This document shows positions 52,293-63,154 of a DNA stretch of 64,000 nucleotides, piece after piece. Under the pieces are notes generated by a model that was not told the DNA's origin, did not search any database, and saw nothing but the letters and a program-made list of their open reading frames with translations. How positions within the stretch are numbered: position 1 is the stretch's first letter; the number at the start of each line of letters is the position of its first letter. Origin of the DNA: Eledone cirrhosa (taxonomy: Eukaryota); NCBI GenBank assembly GCA_964016885.1, contig OZ024741.1, forward strand, positions 119,536,001 through 119,600,000, written 5' to 3'. Both the position numbers and the translations under genes were made by a program.

Positions 52293-53872
52293 TATAATAA
52301 TAATGAAATTATAGTGTACAGTGCTCAGGTGCACTACAACTCATCAAAGGTGCATGTATAGTACATAGAATAATGTAAAAATGTCAGGAAAGTGAACAGT
52401 GTATAAGGCATGATATACATGTGTATGGAGTGGGGATATCAGGTGTAGTATTGGCGAATTTCAGGAAGCATGGAGATTTTAAAGGAAGCAGTGTCTCAGC
52501 AGCTAACAATTGATCAGGTAGTTTGTTCCATGCTTCAGCAACTCTGAGCATGAAAAATCTTTTCGAAAGTCATGGGAACTGTGCTGTTTTCTGACTTTGT
52601 AGGCATACCTACGGGTATTAGACACATGGAATTCAAAAAGGTGCTCAGGGTTGTTGTTGGTAAGATGGTTAATAATTTTGTGGGTGTTTACCAAGTCAGT
52701 TGCCAGGCGTCGGAGCTTCAATGTATCCATGCCCATGGAAGCAAGGCATTCAGAGTATGGTAGATGCTTGATGGAGAGTATTCACTTGGTTGCACGTTTC
52801 TGAACAGTTTCCAAGAGGTCAATGTTCTGAGTAAGATAGGGGTTCCAGACTGGTGATGCAAATTTTAAGTATGGCCATACCATAGCTAGATACAGCTTTA
52901 AATAGATAGCTAGAGAGCTTGCTGAGTGATTCCAAGATACCCTCGGGCTTCTTGACAGTAATGCTCAAGTCACGTTCACAAGAAGACTTTTTGATATTAG
53001 TGTTGTGGAGGGAGTATGTGGATGCTGGGTTTTTCCTCCCAAAATGCATGGTGGTACACTTGTCCACAGCCAGCATGAGTTGCCAGTCTGTGATCCATTG
53101 CTGCATTGTGTCCAGGTCTGATTACAGGAAAGATCTATAGTGTTCAGGATCTGTCGGATCTTAAAGGTACAGCTTGATGTCATCTGCATATTTCAGCACT
53201 GTGGTATTCTTTAAGTTGGCATCTATGTCATTAATATATGCAACAAACAAAAGGGGACCAAGAACAGATCCCTGCAGTACACTAGATGACATCTCATACG
53301 GTGAAGAATGCTGTCCTAGAACCGTGACTACCTCTTTTCTACTGAGAATGAAGGACTTCAACCAGTTAAAAAGATCATCTCTCATACCCATTGCAGAGAG
53401 TTTTGCCATAAGCCTTTTGTGTGGCACAGAATTAAAAGCTTTAGCAAAGTCAAGGCAAACAACATCCACCCATGAGCCACCATCAATGATCTGGGTGATG
53501 TCTTCAAGAAACTCGATAAGTTGATCACAGCAGCTGGAGTTAGGGATAAATCCGAATTGTGAGGGCCGGATAAGGCTGTGAGAATTCCAAAAGTTCCAGA
53601 GTGTTTCTCTGACTCAGGATTTCATCAGTTTGGCAATGCAGCTAGTAAGACTGACTGGACAATAGTTGACAGGCGACATGTGGTCACCCTTTTTGAACAG
53701 AGGAATGACAGTGGCAGTTTTCCCTGCTCCCAAGTAACACAGTTGTTTAGACTGAATTGAAAGAAAGGTGAAAGCTGGTGTAGAAGAAAGTATCCACCAC
53801 GTTTGAGAAGCAGGTAGGCAACACCATCGAGACCAGGAGAGGCATAGTTGCACTTATTCTTAAGGTGACGTC
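52293..53872 (-). mobile_element. CR1-clade LINE copy 2, intronic in ADCK5
   Basis: Close to copy 1 in sequence, with more lesions and the same 3' tail. Confidence 0.92.
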
Positions 53873-54079
53873 GTTTTTTTTATATGTCCTGTAACTTAGC
53901 TTAACAAATAGAGGTAGGTAAAATAAATATCAGACTTGAAAAATATGTACTGATCAACTTAATACCTTTGAGGCAGTGTCCCAGCATGACAGACCATTAA
54001 AAAAGCAGGAAAAGAAACAAACAAAAACTGAAAAGAAAAAAGCAATAAGAAATGCCTCTGAAAGCAAATGTTTCCATAC

Positions 54080-54172
54080 CTTATAAATAATTCATACATG
54101 AAAAGTTGAAATGTTGATTTGATCTTGGTTAACAGATTATGCTTAGTTGTATCACAGATTGCAGACACAGAC
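54080..54172 (-). CDS. ADCK5: ADCK5 exon (SVSAICDTTKHNLLTKIKSTFQLFMYELFI)
   Basis: tatAG|G...AG|gtatgg, phase 2-2, 93 nt. Fills the gap between the flanking exons in frame. Confidence 0.8.
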
Positions 54173-55602
54173 CTATAATATGAAGACAAATTGAAAGTGA
54201 GTGGGGGGAAAACATTACAAACAAAATGTAATAGAGAAGAGCATATAAGCCATTACATCACCATTTTTTATGAACTGCTCCTCTCTTGCTGTGAAGGCAT
54301 GTAGCTCAGTAGTTTGAGTTTTGGGCACACAATCATTAAATCATAGGTTGAAATCCCAGTCAGGGTTGCACATTATGTCCTTGAGCAAGGCATTTCATTT
54401 CATATTGCGCCAGTTTGCTCAGTTGAACATGAGTACCAGTGGCAGCTGGAGGTTGGTCCTGTGATGAACTGGTGTTCCAGCTTGCATGAAACTAGGATTA
54501 GCTCTGGGCTTCCTCCAACTGATGCAAGTATGGAAAAATAGATGTAAAACAATAACTTACTCTCTTACTTCGAGGGCTGGTGGAAAATTGGCAGAGCTGA
54601 GAGTTTGAGACAAAATGGTTTGTAGTGTTTATTCTGGTTGAGTTCAAATCCCACTGAGGTTAACTTTTTCATCATTTCATGGTTGATAAGTAAATGAAGT
54701 ACCAGTTCAGAGCAGTGGATTGGCAAAATTATTGGCATGTCATAGGAGATGTCTTGTGGTATTAGTTCTGGTTCTTTGTGTTCTGAGTTCAAATCCTTCT
54801 GTGGCCTATTTAAGGGGGGGGGGGGAAGACTTAATCTGTCACTAAGTTCAACATCACCACCTGACTCTTATTCTCACTTTGCAAACTATTTGCAACATCA
54901 TGGATTAGTGTGTGCTTCTGAATAAAATAAATGAAGAATAAGTACTTGGAGAAAGTGCATGGCCTAGTGGTTAGAGTGATGAACTTGTGATTGTAAAGTT
55001 ATGGGTGTGATTCCTGAACTGGATAGCTGGTTATGTTTTTGAGTGAGATGTTTCATTTGACATCACTTTTCATGATAGGACTACAGCCCCTATCATTAAA
55101 ACACCAGAGAAATCTCCTATAAGATACAGTAAAGCTGTAAATTTGAATTTTGTTCTTGAGGAAGACATTTCATTCTATGCTGCTTTTTATGGTAGGACTG
55201 GAGTCCCTATCATTAAAACACTTGAGAAACCTCTTGTGAGATGACCTAACTTGCATTGGTGTGAGCTGTAAGCTTTATTTTTCATTTCATTTCATTTCCA
55301 TATTTGTGAAAAAGGTTTGAACCAATACAGGGTAGGCGTGAGCTCCAAAAGCTGTAGTGAAGGCAACCTGCCTAAGAGGGCAGTTGCACTAAATAAAATG
55401 TGATACAGGGTCGAGAGGACCTTTAAGTCCAGTAAGACAAGCTCTCAGGTGCTCCTGGTACAATAAAATGCAGCCTGTACATATTGTAAAGTGGTTGGTG
55501 ATAGGAAGGGCATCCAGCCCCAAAAACCCTGCCAAAAATTTTAGAAAGCACAACTTATGGAATTTGTAAATACAAATCAACAAAAAGACAAAAATTCCTC
55601 GC

Positions 55603-55677
55603 CTTTGAACCATTATAGTGTAACGGTCAACTCTGTCCCCAAGGTTCCTGGTAATTGCACGAATGGTGTTTAAATTT
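55603..55677 (-). CDS. ADCK5: ADCK5 exon (NLNTIRAITRNLGDRVDRYTIMVQ), GC donor
   Basis: tttcAG acceptor. Matches the ADCK5 RNINTVRAI..LG..VDRY motif. Ends AG|gcgagg. Confidence 0.85.
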
Positions 55678-55829
55678 CTGAAATAAAGGAAAAAAAACGA
55701 AAATAACTCCAAAACTTCTCCTCCCTTTGCCTTTCATACACCTCCTAGATCTTAGCACTCCACCCTTTATCAGCTAAGTACCCTTACTTCACCAAAGAAT
55801 GAAATATTGAGATATCTCTACATATAATA

Positions 55830-56050
55830 ATGGTTTCTAATTTAGGCACAAGGCTAACAATTTTGCGGGAGGAGAAAGTCGATTAAACCGAGCCCAGTGC
55901 GTTACTGGCACTTTATTTTATCGACCCTGTAAGGATGAAAGGCAAAGCTAACTTTGGCAGGATTTGAACTCTGAATGTAAAGGGTCGTAACTATATGTCA
56001 CGCACAAAGCATATTATTTGATGCTCTATGATACTGCCAATCTACCACCC
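55830..56050 (-). mobile_element. tRNA-derived SINE, near full length, with a second degenerate copy at 56065-56245
   Basis: Reverse complement of the gcctttcatcct family, with B-box-like gagttcaaatcc. Confidence 0.75.
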
Positions 56051-56457
56051 TATCTCTACACATAATAATGGCTTCTAATTTAGGCATAAGGCCATCAATT
56101 TTTTGGGATCGGGTGGGGGGTGGGGCGATTAAATTGATCCTAGTAATTGACTAATCATCATCATCGTAATATTTTATTTTATCAATCCTGAAAAACCCTG
56201 GAAGGATGAAAAGCAAAGTTTAACCTAAGAGGGATTTGAACCCTCAATATTTATATTGAGATAGTATTTTGCAATAGTATTAGTATATATCATTATCATC
56301 ATCGTTTAACATTTACTATCTACGCTAGCATGGGTTATATATATATTGAAATAACAGAATACGTTTTAGTGAGAAAAAAATCAAAGATCATGCCAACAAA
56401 ATCAACAAAAATATAAATACTAACAGAAAACAAATGATTTTTCTTTTAAAGACAAAC

Positions 56458-56635
56458 CTGATAACTAAAATTAAAGTAGATGGCATTTCTTTTAAGACTT
56501 GCATAATCTGATCAAAATGGTGGATAACATTTTCTTTCATCTTGTCCATATCTTCTGGGGTCATTTTACTTGGGAGTTGAATGGAATTTCTCACAACAGG
56601 TCTTTGTACAAGAATTTCACAGAGCACAGCATGAT
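56458..56635 (-). CDS. ADCK5: ADCK5 exon (HAVLCEILVQRPV...VLKEMPSTLILVI)
   Basis: AG/GT boundaries, phase 1-2, 178 nt. Matches the ADCK5 EMLMQRPV...VLRELPRPMLLVLR pattern. Confidence 0.9.
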
Positions 56636-57605
56636 CTGAAAATATGTGGTTGGATTTTGATTTGTTTTTAGAATGGAATATTAAAATACGTTGTGATCAT
56701 CATCATTTTACATCCACTATTCTATGCTTGTATGGGTATTCATAAATATTGAATCACTATACAATTTTATGATATCAAAAGATACTATACAAATCATCTG
56801 CTTGTAAATTTCTACCTGGCAGGTCCCCAGATGATAAATAGGGGAATAACCTCTAGATATAGGGGATGGCAGCAAATATGGAAATAAGCTGTCCTGGATA
56901 AAAACCAAAGCTGCTCTTTGGCAAGGTATATAGCACCTAGCAGCCACCTAGTTTAGGGTCACAGGTGAAGATATGGAAAGCTACATGGCAGATGTGTAAT
57001 CTCAGTGAAAGAGCCTTCCATTGATAAACAATGACATTCCCATAATGCTAGGCAGAGGAACCTCTCTGAGGTCAATGGCCAGGATCCCCAAGTATATTAC
57101 TGCTAACATCTACAGACCTAGCAACCATACATGTTACTAAGCTACAGAAAAAAAAACATACAAATAAAAAGAATAATAAATGACAAATATTTGATTTAGT
57201 TTCAGTTTAAACATCTTTTATTCTGATGTTCCTCTCTTGTTAGGAAGGGCAGCCAGTTGTAGAAACCATGCCATAATGAGCTAGATGTGGTCCTCTGACC
57301 AGTTGAGGAAAACAGTAGCTCCGATAAAGTACTCTCATGGTTTGTAACAACCCATCCAATCTATGCCAGAGTGAAAAAAAACAACAAAAAACAAACAAAC
57401 AAAACAGATGTATGATGATGATGAAACTGAATAAACAATCGATCCAACACATCCTTTTTAGTAAAAAATATGATGGAGGAATGTGACAAGTGGAGGAAAG
57501 GTGTGCTGGAGATTATTTGTCTAAACCAAGAATGTTAAAGTAAACATAAAATTGATGATAGTGGAAAAAAAAAAATTAGTGATTTATCTTCAAAACTTAA
57601 CTCAC

Positions 57606-57776
57606 TTGATACTCCTAAAAGTTTGGAATACTCCTGCATGCCAGCATCATCCTTTAAGACTATGGCCTTGAAAATTCCACAGAGTGCAAGGCGTTCATTC
57701 TCTGTGAGTTGATTGTAGAGACCATGATCCAGAATTACAATCTCACCATCACCTTTCTTCCCTCTCCGAACAAACA
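57606..57776 (-). CDS. ADCK5: ADCK5 exon (FVRRGKKGDGEIVILDHGLY...LLGVS)
   Basis: AG/GT boundaries, phase 1-1, 171 nt. Contains LDHGLY, the DFG-equivalent of ABC1 kinases. Confidence 0.92.
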
Positions 57777-57819
57777 CTGTAAATAAACATTTACAGGTCA
57801 ATGGAAACAAGAGATTGAT

Positions 57820-58085
57820 ATCACTGATTAATAAATATTACTAATCAATAAATATTAGTAATCAATAAATATTACTGATCAATAAATATTAGTAATCAAT
57901 AAATATCCCTAATCAATAAATATTAGTAATCAATAAATAGCACTGATTAATAAATATCACTGATCAATAAATATCACTGATCAATAAATATCACTAATCA
58001 GTAATATCACTAATCAATAAATATTACTTATTAATAAATATTACTGATCAATAAATATTACTAATCAATAAATATTACTTATTAA
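57820..58085. repeat. 17-bp AT-rich tandem repeat (ctaatcaataaatatta), ~15-16 copies
   Basis: Seen directly. Confidence 0.95.
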
Positions 58086-58086
58086 A

Positions 58087-58736
58087 CAAACTAAGGAAAA
58101 AATTAGAAATAAGAGGGATCAGATGTTGTTTACTCGAGAGAAGGCTACGTTGGTATGGTCACGTGATGCGCATGAAAGTCGATAGCTGTATAACAAAGTG
58201 CAGGGCAATAAAGATAGACGGTAGCCACGGAATAGGCAGACCTAGAAAAACCTGGGACGAGCTGATAAACTCCGACCTCACACACTTACACCTCTCCAAG
58301 ACAATGTCACTGGACCGAGACCTTTGGCGGTACTCAGTAATAGAGAAGACCCGCCTTACCTAAATACAAAGTAAAACCTACTACAGTCAGTAGGCATCTC
58401 TAACAAAATACACCCCCGTCCCACCACCCCCACCCCATCCACACCACCCCGTTCTATGTAAAGTTATGTTGGTGCCACACCATCCAGGCCGAAACAAATG
58501 AGATCGTGTAGGTGTCATGACAAAAAAACACACAGTCCACGCTGTAATGTGGCCGTGTAGGCAACACGGTAAAAACCTCCCAGACCCACACTGTAAATGT
58601 GGTTGGTGTTAGGAAGGGCATCCAGCTGTAGAAAACCCGCCAGACAGTCCTATGCGAGCAAGACAACCACTCTTGCCTCAAGTGGGAAAACCCCCGTCCA
58701 AACCCATGCAAGCGTGGAACACGGACGTTAAACGTT
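58087..58736 (+). mobile_element. Relatively young RTE LINE 3' end with long 3'UTR
   Basis: LRKKLEIRGIRCC..RLRWYGHVMRM..GRPRKTW then a stop. The UTR contains ggttggtgttaggaagggcatccagc and the gcaagcgtggaacacggacgttaaacg tail. CpGs are retained. Confidence 0.85.
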
Positions 58737-58744
58737 GGGGTTAT

Positions 58745-59903
58745 GTTAGCCGTCCGCGGTCGAAACAAAGAGGAGTGCTCGCATTCTCGTCCACGAGGTG
58801 AATTTGTCTTTATCTTTGGCATTTTCGCTGAGCGTCCAGATTTTTCTCTCTCTTCCACTCTCCAGGATTCCGCAGTCCATCCATCCATCCATCATATATC
58901 GAAAGGCAACCGGGCAAGCGATAGTATAGGCCTCTGGCTTATGATTGGTCCGCGTAATAATAATGGTGATGCGTGGGGGCTCTGGCTTATGATTGGTCCA
59001 CGTAATAACAATGGTGGTGCGTGGGGGAGGGGTGTTGGGTAGCTAGCTGGAAGGTTAGGATTGTATGAGATCCCCGTGTTTAACAAGCAATTAACAAAAA
59101 AAAAAAATACAAGATTTGTTCTGTTCAATACGACAAAAACTCCCGTATTTAACATAAATAACAAAAAAATACAGATTTGCTTTAGGAAAACGTTCGCTAC
59201 ACTTAGGATTTTGCAAGATTGGATGTTTGGACTAGGTACGAAATTGAAGTGTGGGGTTGATAGAAAAATGTGTACATTATGATTACATGATACACTGTAG
59301 TAGGGACAGCAAATGAATTGGCGAAAGTGAGTTTTTATCTTATATGTATATGTAGCTAAGAGAGAGAGAGGGAGAGAGAGAGATGGATGTAGGTATTGGG
59401 GTGGCTGACCGTAAGCCCTCGTGAAGTAGAGGGAGGGGGTCTGGGGGTAGAAGCGGGATTTTTGAGTTTTCGAAGTAGCATAATATATTTAAAGGAATTT
59501 ATAAGAAGCAGAAGGGAAGGATTTTGTTTTGTTTTGAGAATCCGATAGAATTAAGGAATTAAAGGAATTAAGGTTGGTTGGAAGGTTAGGATTGTATGAG
59601 ATCCCCGTGTTTAACAAGCGATTAACAAAAAACAAAAATACAAGATTTGTTCTGTTCAATACGACAAAAACTCCCGTATTTAACATAAATAACAAAAAAT
59701 ACAGATTTGCTTTAGGAAAACGTTCGCTACACTTAGGATTTTGCAAGATTGGATGTTTGGACTAGGTACGAAATTGAAGTGTGGAGTTGATAGAAAAATG
59801 CGTACATTACGATTACATGATACACCGTAGTAGGGACAGCAAATGAATTGGCGAAAGTGAGTTTTTATCTTATATGTATATGTAGCTAAGAGAGAGAGAG
59901 GGG
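58745..59903. repeat. Unclassified CpG-rich element with a 48-bp tandem pair and ~325-bp direct repeats
   Basis: 58932-58979 and 58980-59027 are duplicated. 59049-59372 and 59580-59902 are near-identical. Confidence 0.8.
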
Positions 59904-60226
59904 GAGGATTAATAAATATTATTGATAACTCATGCAACAAATTAACATTTATGGAATAAAGTGTTAACCTTTTAACCTTCTCATTACCATATTTCTAATG
60001 AAACATACTGCCTATGGTGCTGCAATTAATTTTGAAAATAATCAAATATTCAGAGGAATTTAATAAAATAACCAATTCTTTCATTTATAAGCAGATATTT
60101 AGAACGTCACTTCTATATATAAATTTGAGTGATTTCCGTCTGTCCTTCCATCACACAATGTCTGTGTGTGTTTGTGTGAATGTATGTGAATTCTAAGGAT
60201 TCATCATCATCATCATTTAACATCCA

Positions 60227-61795
60227 TTGTGTGAGAGTCAGTTCTTGATGTCTTTGCTTATTCCGCCATGATTTGTAACAGTGCTACCCAGATAAGTGAA
60301 TTCTTCTGTTGTTGTTAGATCTTGTCTATTTACTTGACTAGGCGAAGGGTTAGAAGTGTTCATGGTCATAACTCCTGTCTTTTTTTGACTGATCTTCAGC
60401 CTGATCTGTTGTGCAAATTAGTTGAGGTGAGATGTTTTCGCCAGCATGTGTCGATGTGTATGAGACATTAGAGCCAGATCATAGGCAAAGTCAAGATACT
60501 CCAATGTTGAAAAGAGAGTCCAGTGTATACCTCTAGCTTCATCTTCAGTTGTTCGCCACATTGCCCAATTGATGGCAAGACTGAAGAGGAATGCTGACAT
60601 CACACATCTTTGGCTCACTCTTGTTTTCACTTCAAAGCTGGTCACTGTTCCCCACACTGCATGTGAAGTTGTAGAAACTCTTGATGAGAAGAACAATGTG
60701 CTGAGGACTCCTGTAAGCTCTTAGAATTCACCATAAGCAAAGCTGTCGTACACCTTGAAGTTGACGAAATTGATGTAAAGTTGCCTCTGCCATTCTATGT
60801 ATTGTTCAATGATATCTGTTCTGTACATCCTCTTCCTTTTCTGAATCCTGCTTGCTCTTTTCTAAGCTCCTGGTCAATTGCATCTGCTAGGCGTTTGATG
60901 ATTTTTACTAAGATTTTGCTTGGTGATTTCATGCCAATTTCTGCAGTATCTCAGGTTGCCTTTCTTTGGAATCTTAACTATTATTCCCTCTGCCCAGTCA
61001 TCAGGTATCTTCTTTCCTTCCCAGATGCTGTCAAAGAGTGGCTGCGATGTTCTGGTTGCAAGATGCCTTGAATAATTCTGTGCTAAGGTTGTCTTGGCCA
61101 GGGGCTTTTCCATTCTTCAAAGTTTGGATAGCCACCAATAATCTCTTCCTTTGAGAAGTTGTCCTTTTTTTTTTCTGCAACATGTGAATCAGTAGTTCCT
61201 CTGATTTTCCCACATTTGCTGTCCAAATTGTGTTGTATTTTCCACCTCCTCGGCAAGCTTATCAATGTCTGCTCTACTCATTTGTCTAACTTCCTGATAT
61301 TGCAGCTTATACTTTTCTTTTAGTCTTTCTGACATGGTATTCCCCAAATGACAGAGACCACAACTAAATTGGCTTGATGATAAAGGGTACCTGAAAAAGA
61401 TCATTACACAATGTCATTGTAAAACGAGGAGCTGATACAGGTAGGGATCACCACCTTGTGGTTGTAGTGTTGAGAGTAAAGCTCAGGAGTACAAGAGCAA
61501 AGAAAGCAACAAGACCACAGTTTAATTAGAAGAATTGCAAGATCCTAAACTAAAGAACATATTTGTTCTGAAGCTGAAGAATAGGTTTCAAGTGTTGTCA
61601 GACATAGAAGATCACACCCAACCTGATGGAAGCAGCACGTAAAGACTACTTATCTGAAGACAGTTAAAATATGCCTCAGAATCAAACCAAAGATGAGAAA
61701 AGAATAGATAACGGCAGACACTTGGCAAAGTATTGAAAGGAGGAGAAACCTAAAGAAGCAGATGATAGATGCAAAATCAGAAAGACTGAAAGAAA
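60227..61795 (-). mobile_element. RTE-type LINE with inverted 5' segment
   Basis: Minus 61332->60227: SERLKEKYK..KIPDDWAEGIIVKIPKKGNL..CRNW..LEYLDFAYDLAL. Plus 61332->61795: endonuclease end TWYSPN..KRGADTGRDHHLVV..LKNRFQVL..AKSERLKE. Confidence 0.85.
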
Positions 61796-61869
61796 TATGG
61801 CAAGGAAATGGTTAATGATCAACCAATCAATAGATAACTGTGATATCAGTTAATATCAAATCAATATCA

Positions 61870-62110
61870 CACACTACTACATCAAATTATCACCACTAAC
61901 ACCATCACTACTAATAACACTGCAACCACCTCTTTCACTATCACCACTAATACCACTGCAGTCACCGCTGATGAAGATGGTGATAATGGTGGGGGTGATA
62001 GTGATAATGATGACAATGATGGTGGTTTGGATGATGAAGATGATGATGGTGATGGTGGTGATAGTGGTGATAGTAGTGAAGGTGATAATAGTGATGATGA
62101 TAATGATAAG
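61870..62110. repeat. Low-complexity trinucleotide tract, (ACC/ACT/ATC)n then (GAT/GGT)n
   Basis: Seen directly. Confidence 0.85.
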
Positions 62111-62123
62111 AGTTAATTCATAC

Positions 62124-62205
62124 CATTTCCTGGATGAGGATCGCCATGTACAAAGCCACTCCGGAATATTTGATCAGAGAAACAGTTAATGAGTTTTCGA
62201 TTGAT
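62124..62205 (-). CDS. ADCK5: ADCK5 exon with catalytic loop (INRKLINCFSDQIFRSGFVHGDPHPGN); earlier exons lie beyond the window
   Basis: ttcAG...G|gtatga, phase 0-1, 82 nt. QIF..GFVHxDPHPGN is the ABC1/AarF kinase signature. Confidence 0.93.
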
Positions 62206-62442
62206 CTGAAATCAATTAATAGATAAATAATTAATAAATACAATGAAATATTGTAATGAATCTCTCTTCTTAAATGTTTAATTACATTATTCAGATTAAT
62301 GATTGTTAAAGTTTTAATTCATGTCAAAAAGGGTTGAGGGACCCTTCAAAGACATGACAATCTCTCTAGTGCTGATGCCATGATAATGAACACCCAATAC
62401 ACTCTGTAAAGTGATTGTTTTTTTTAGGAATGGCATCTTTAG

Positions 62443-62822
62443 TGTAGTGCTAGACCCAGGGTTATTTACTCGAGTAAATGTCACCGGAATCTAGCTACTA
62501 AATTTTATAAAGAAAAAGGATAAAACGTAGGCAGTTTCTCGGAACGAGTATATAAGTCTTCATTTTATTGTAGCTCCATGTTACAATTGTGGTTAGTAAA
62601 TATTCTTCTACCAATTGGTATAATCCAGATCCATGATCGGTGGTTAGAGAGAAGTTAACATGCTTGTCTTCAGTGTTGTCAATTCGAAGGAAGGCGCCAA
62701 AAGAGAGAAAGCTTGATTTGCGTTCCCTCTATTTATATCCTTTTACAGGAAGTTAAAAAGAAAGTTCTAGAATTTCGATGGGAAGTAACTATAGCTACTT
62801 CCCTTGTCTAGAGAGCGCTACA
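62443..62822 (-). mobile_element. 3' LTR (380 bp) of a Gypsy retrotransposon
   Basis: TGTAGTGCT...AGCGCTACA inverted ends. Adjacent polypurine tract ctgagaggggagcct on the minus strand (62823-62837). Minus-strand TATAAA at 62732-62737 and AATAAA at 62564-62569. Confidence 0.85.
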
Positions 62823-63154
62823 AGGCTCCCCTCTCAGATGAGAAGTCGAATAACCAAACGAATATCATTGTAATGAGAACATGTAAGAAATGAAGAGCAA
62901 AACAAAAGGTACAAGAACATGAATGAATAAAACATGAGCAAGCAAATAGCAAAAATGAGCATAAAACAAGTAATGCATTTTTACAAAGAATGTTTGAATG
63001 TAACAATTGATAAATCATAATCATACAAAGGAGCAGAGAATATTGATGCTCAATGGTAAAATCAATGTTTTTCAAAGTCAAATAGTGTACAGACTTTTCT
63101 GACACTAGTTCTATCTGAAACTGAAAAGAAGAGGTATGTTAATGCCACTAGAGG

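Noticed and set aside
57820-58085. Regular short repeats as a possible CRISPR array
   Set aside because: The units are contiguous with no unique spacers, and the context is a eukaryotic intron. It is a simple minisatellite. The same applies to the 29175 and 35320 arrays.
61971-62189. Met/Val-rich 72-aa ORF
   Set aside because: It is a translation of the (GAT/GGT)n low-complexity tract, antisense to an ADCK5 exon.
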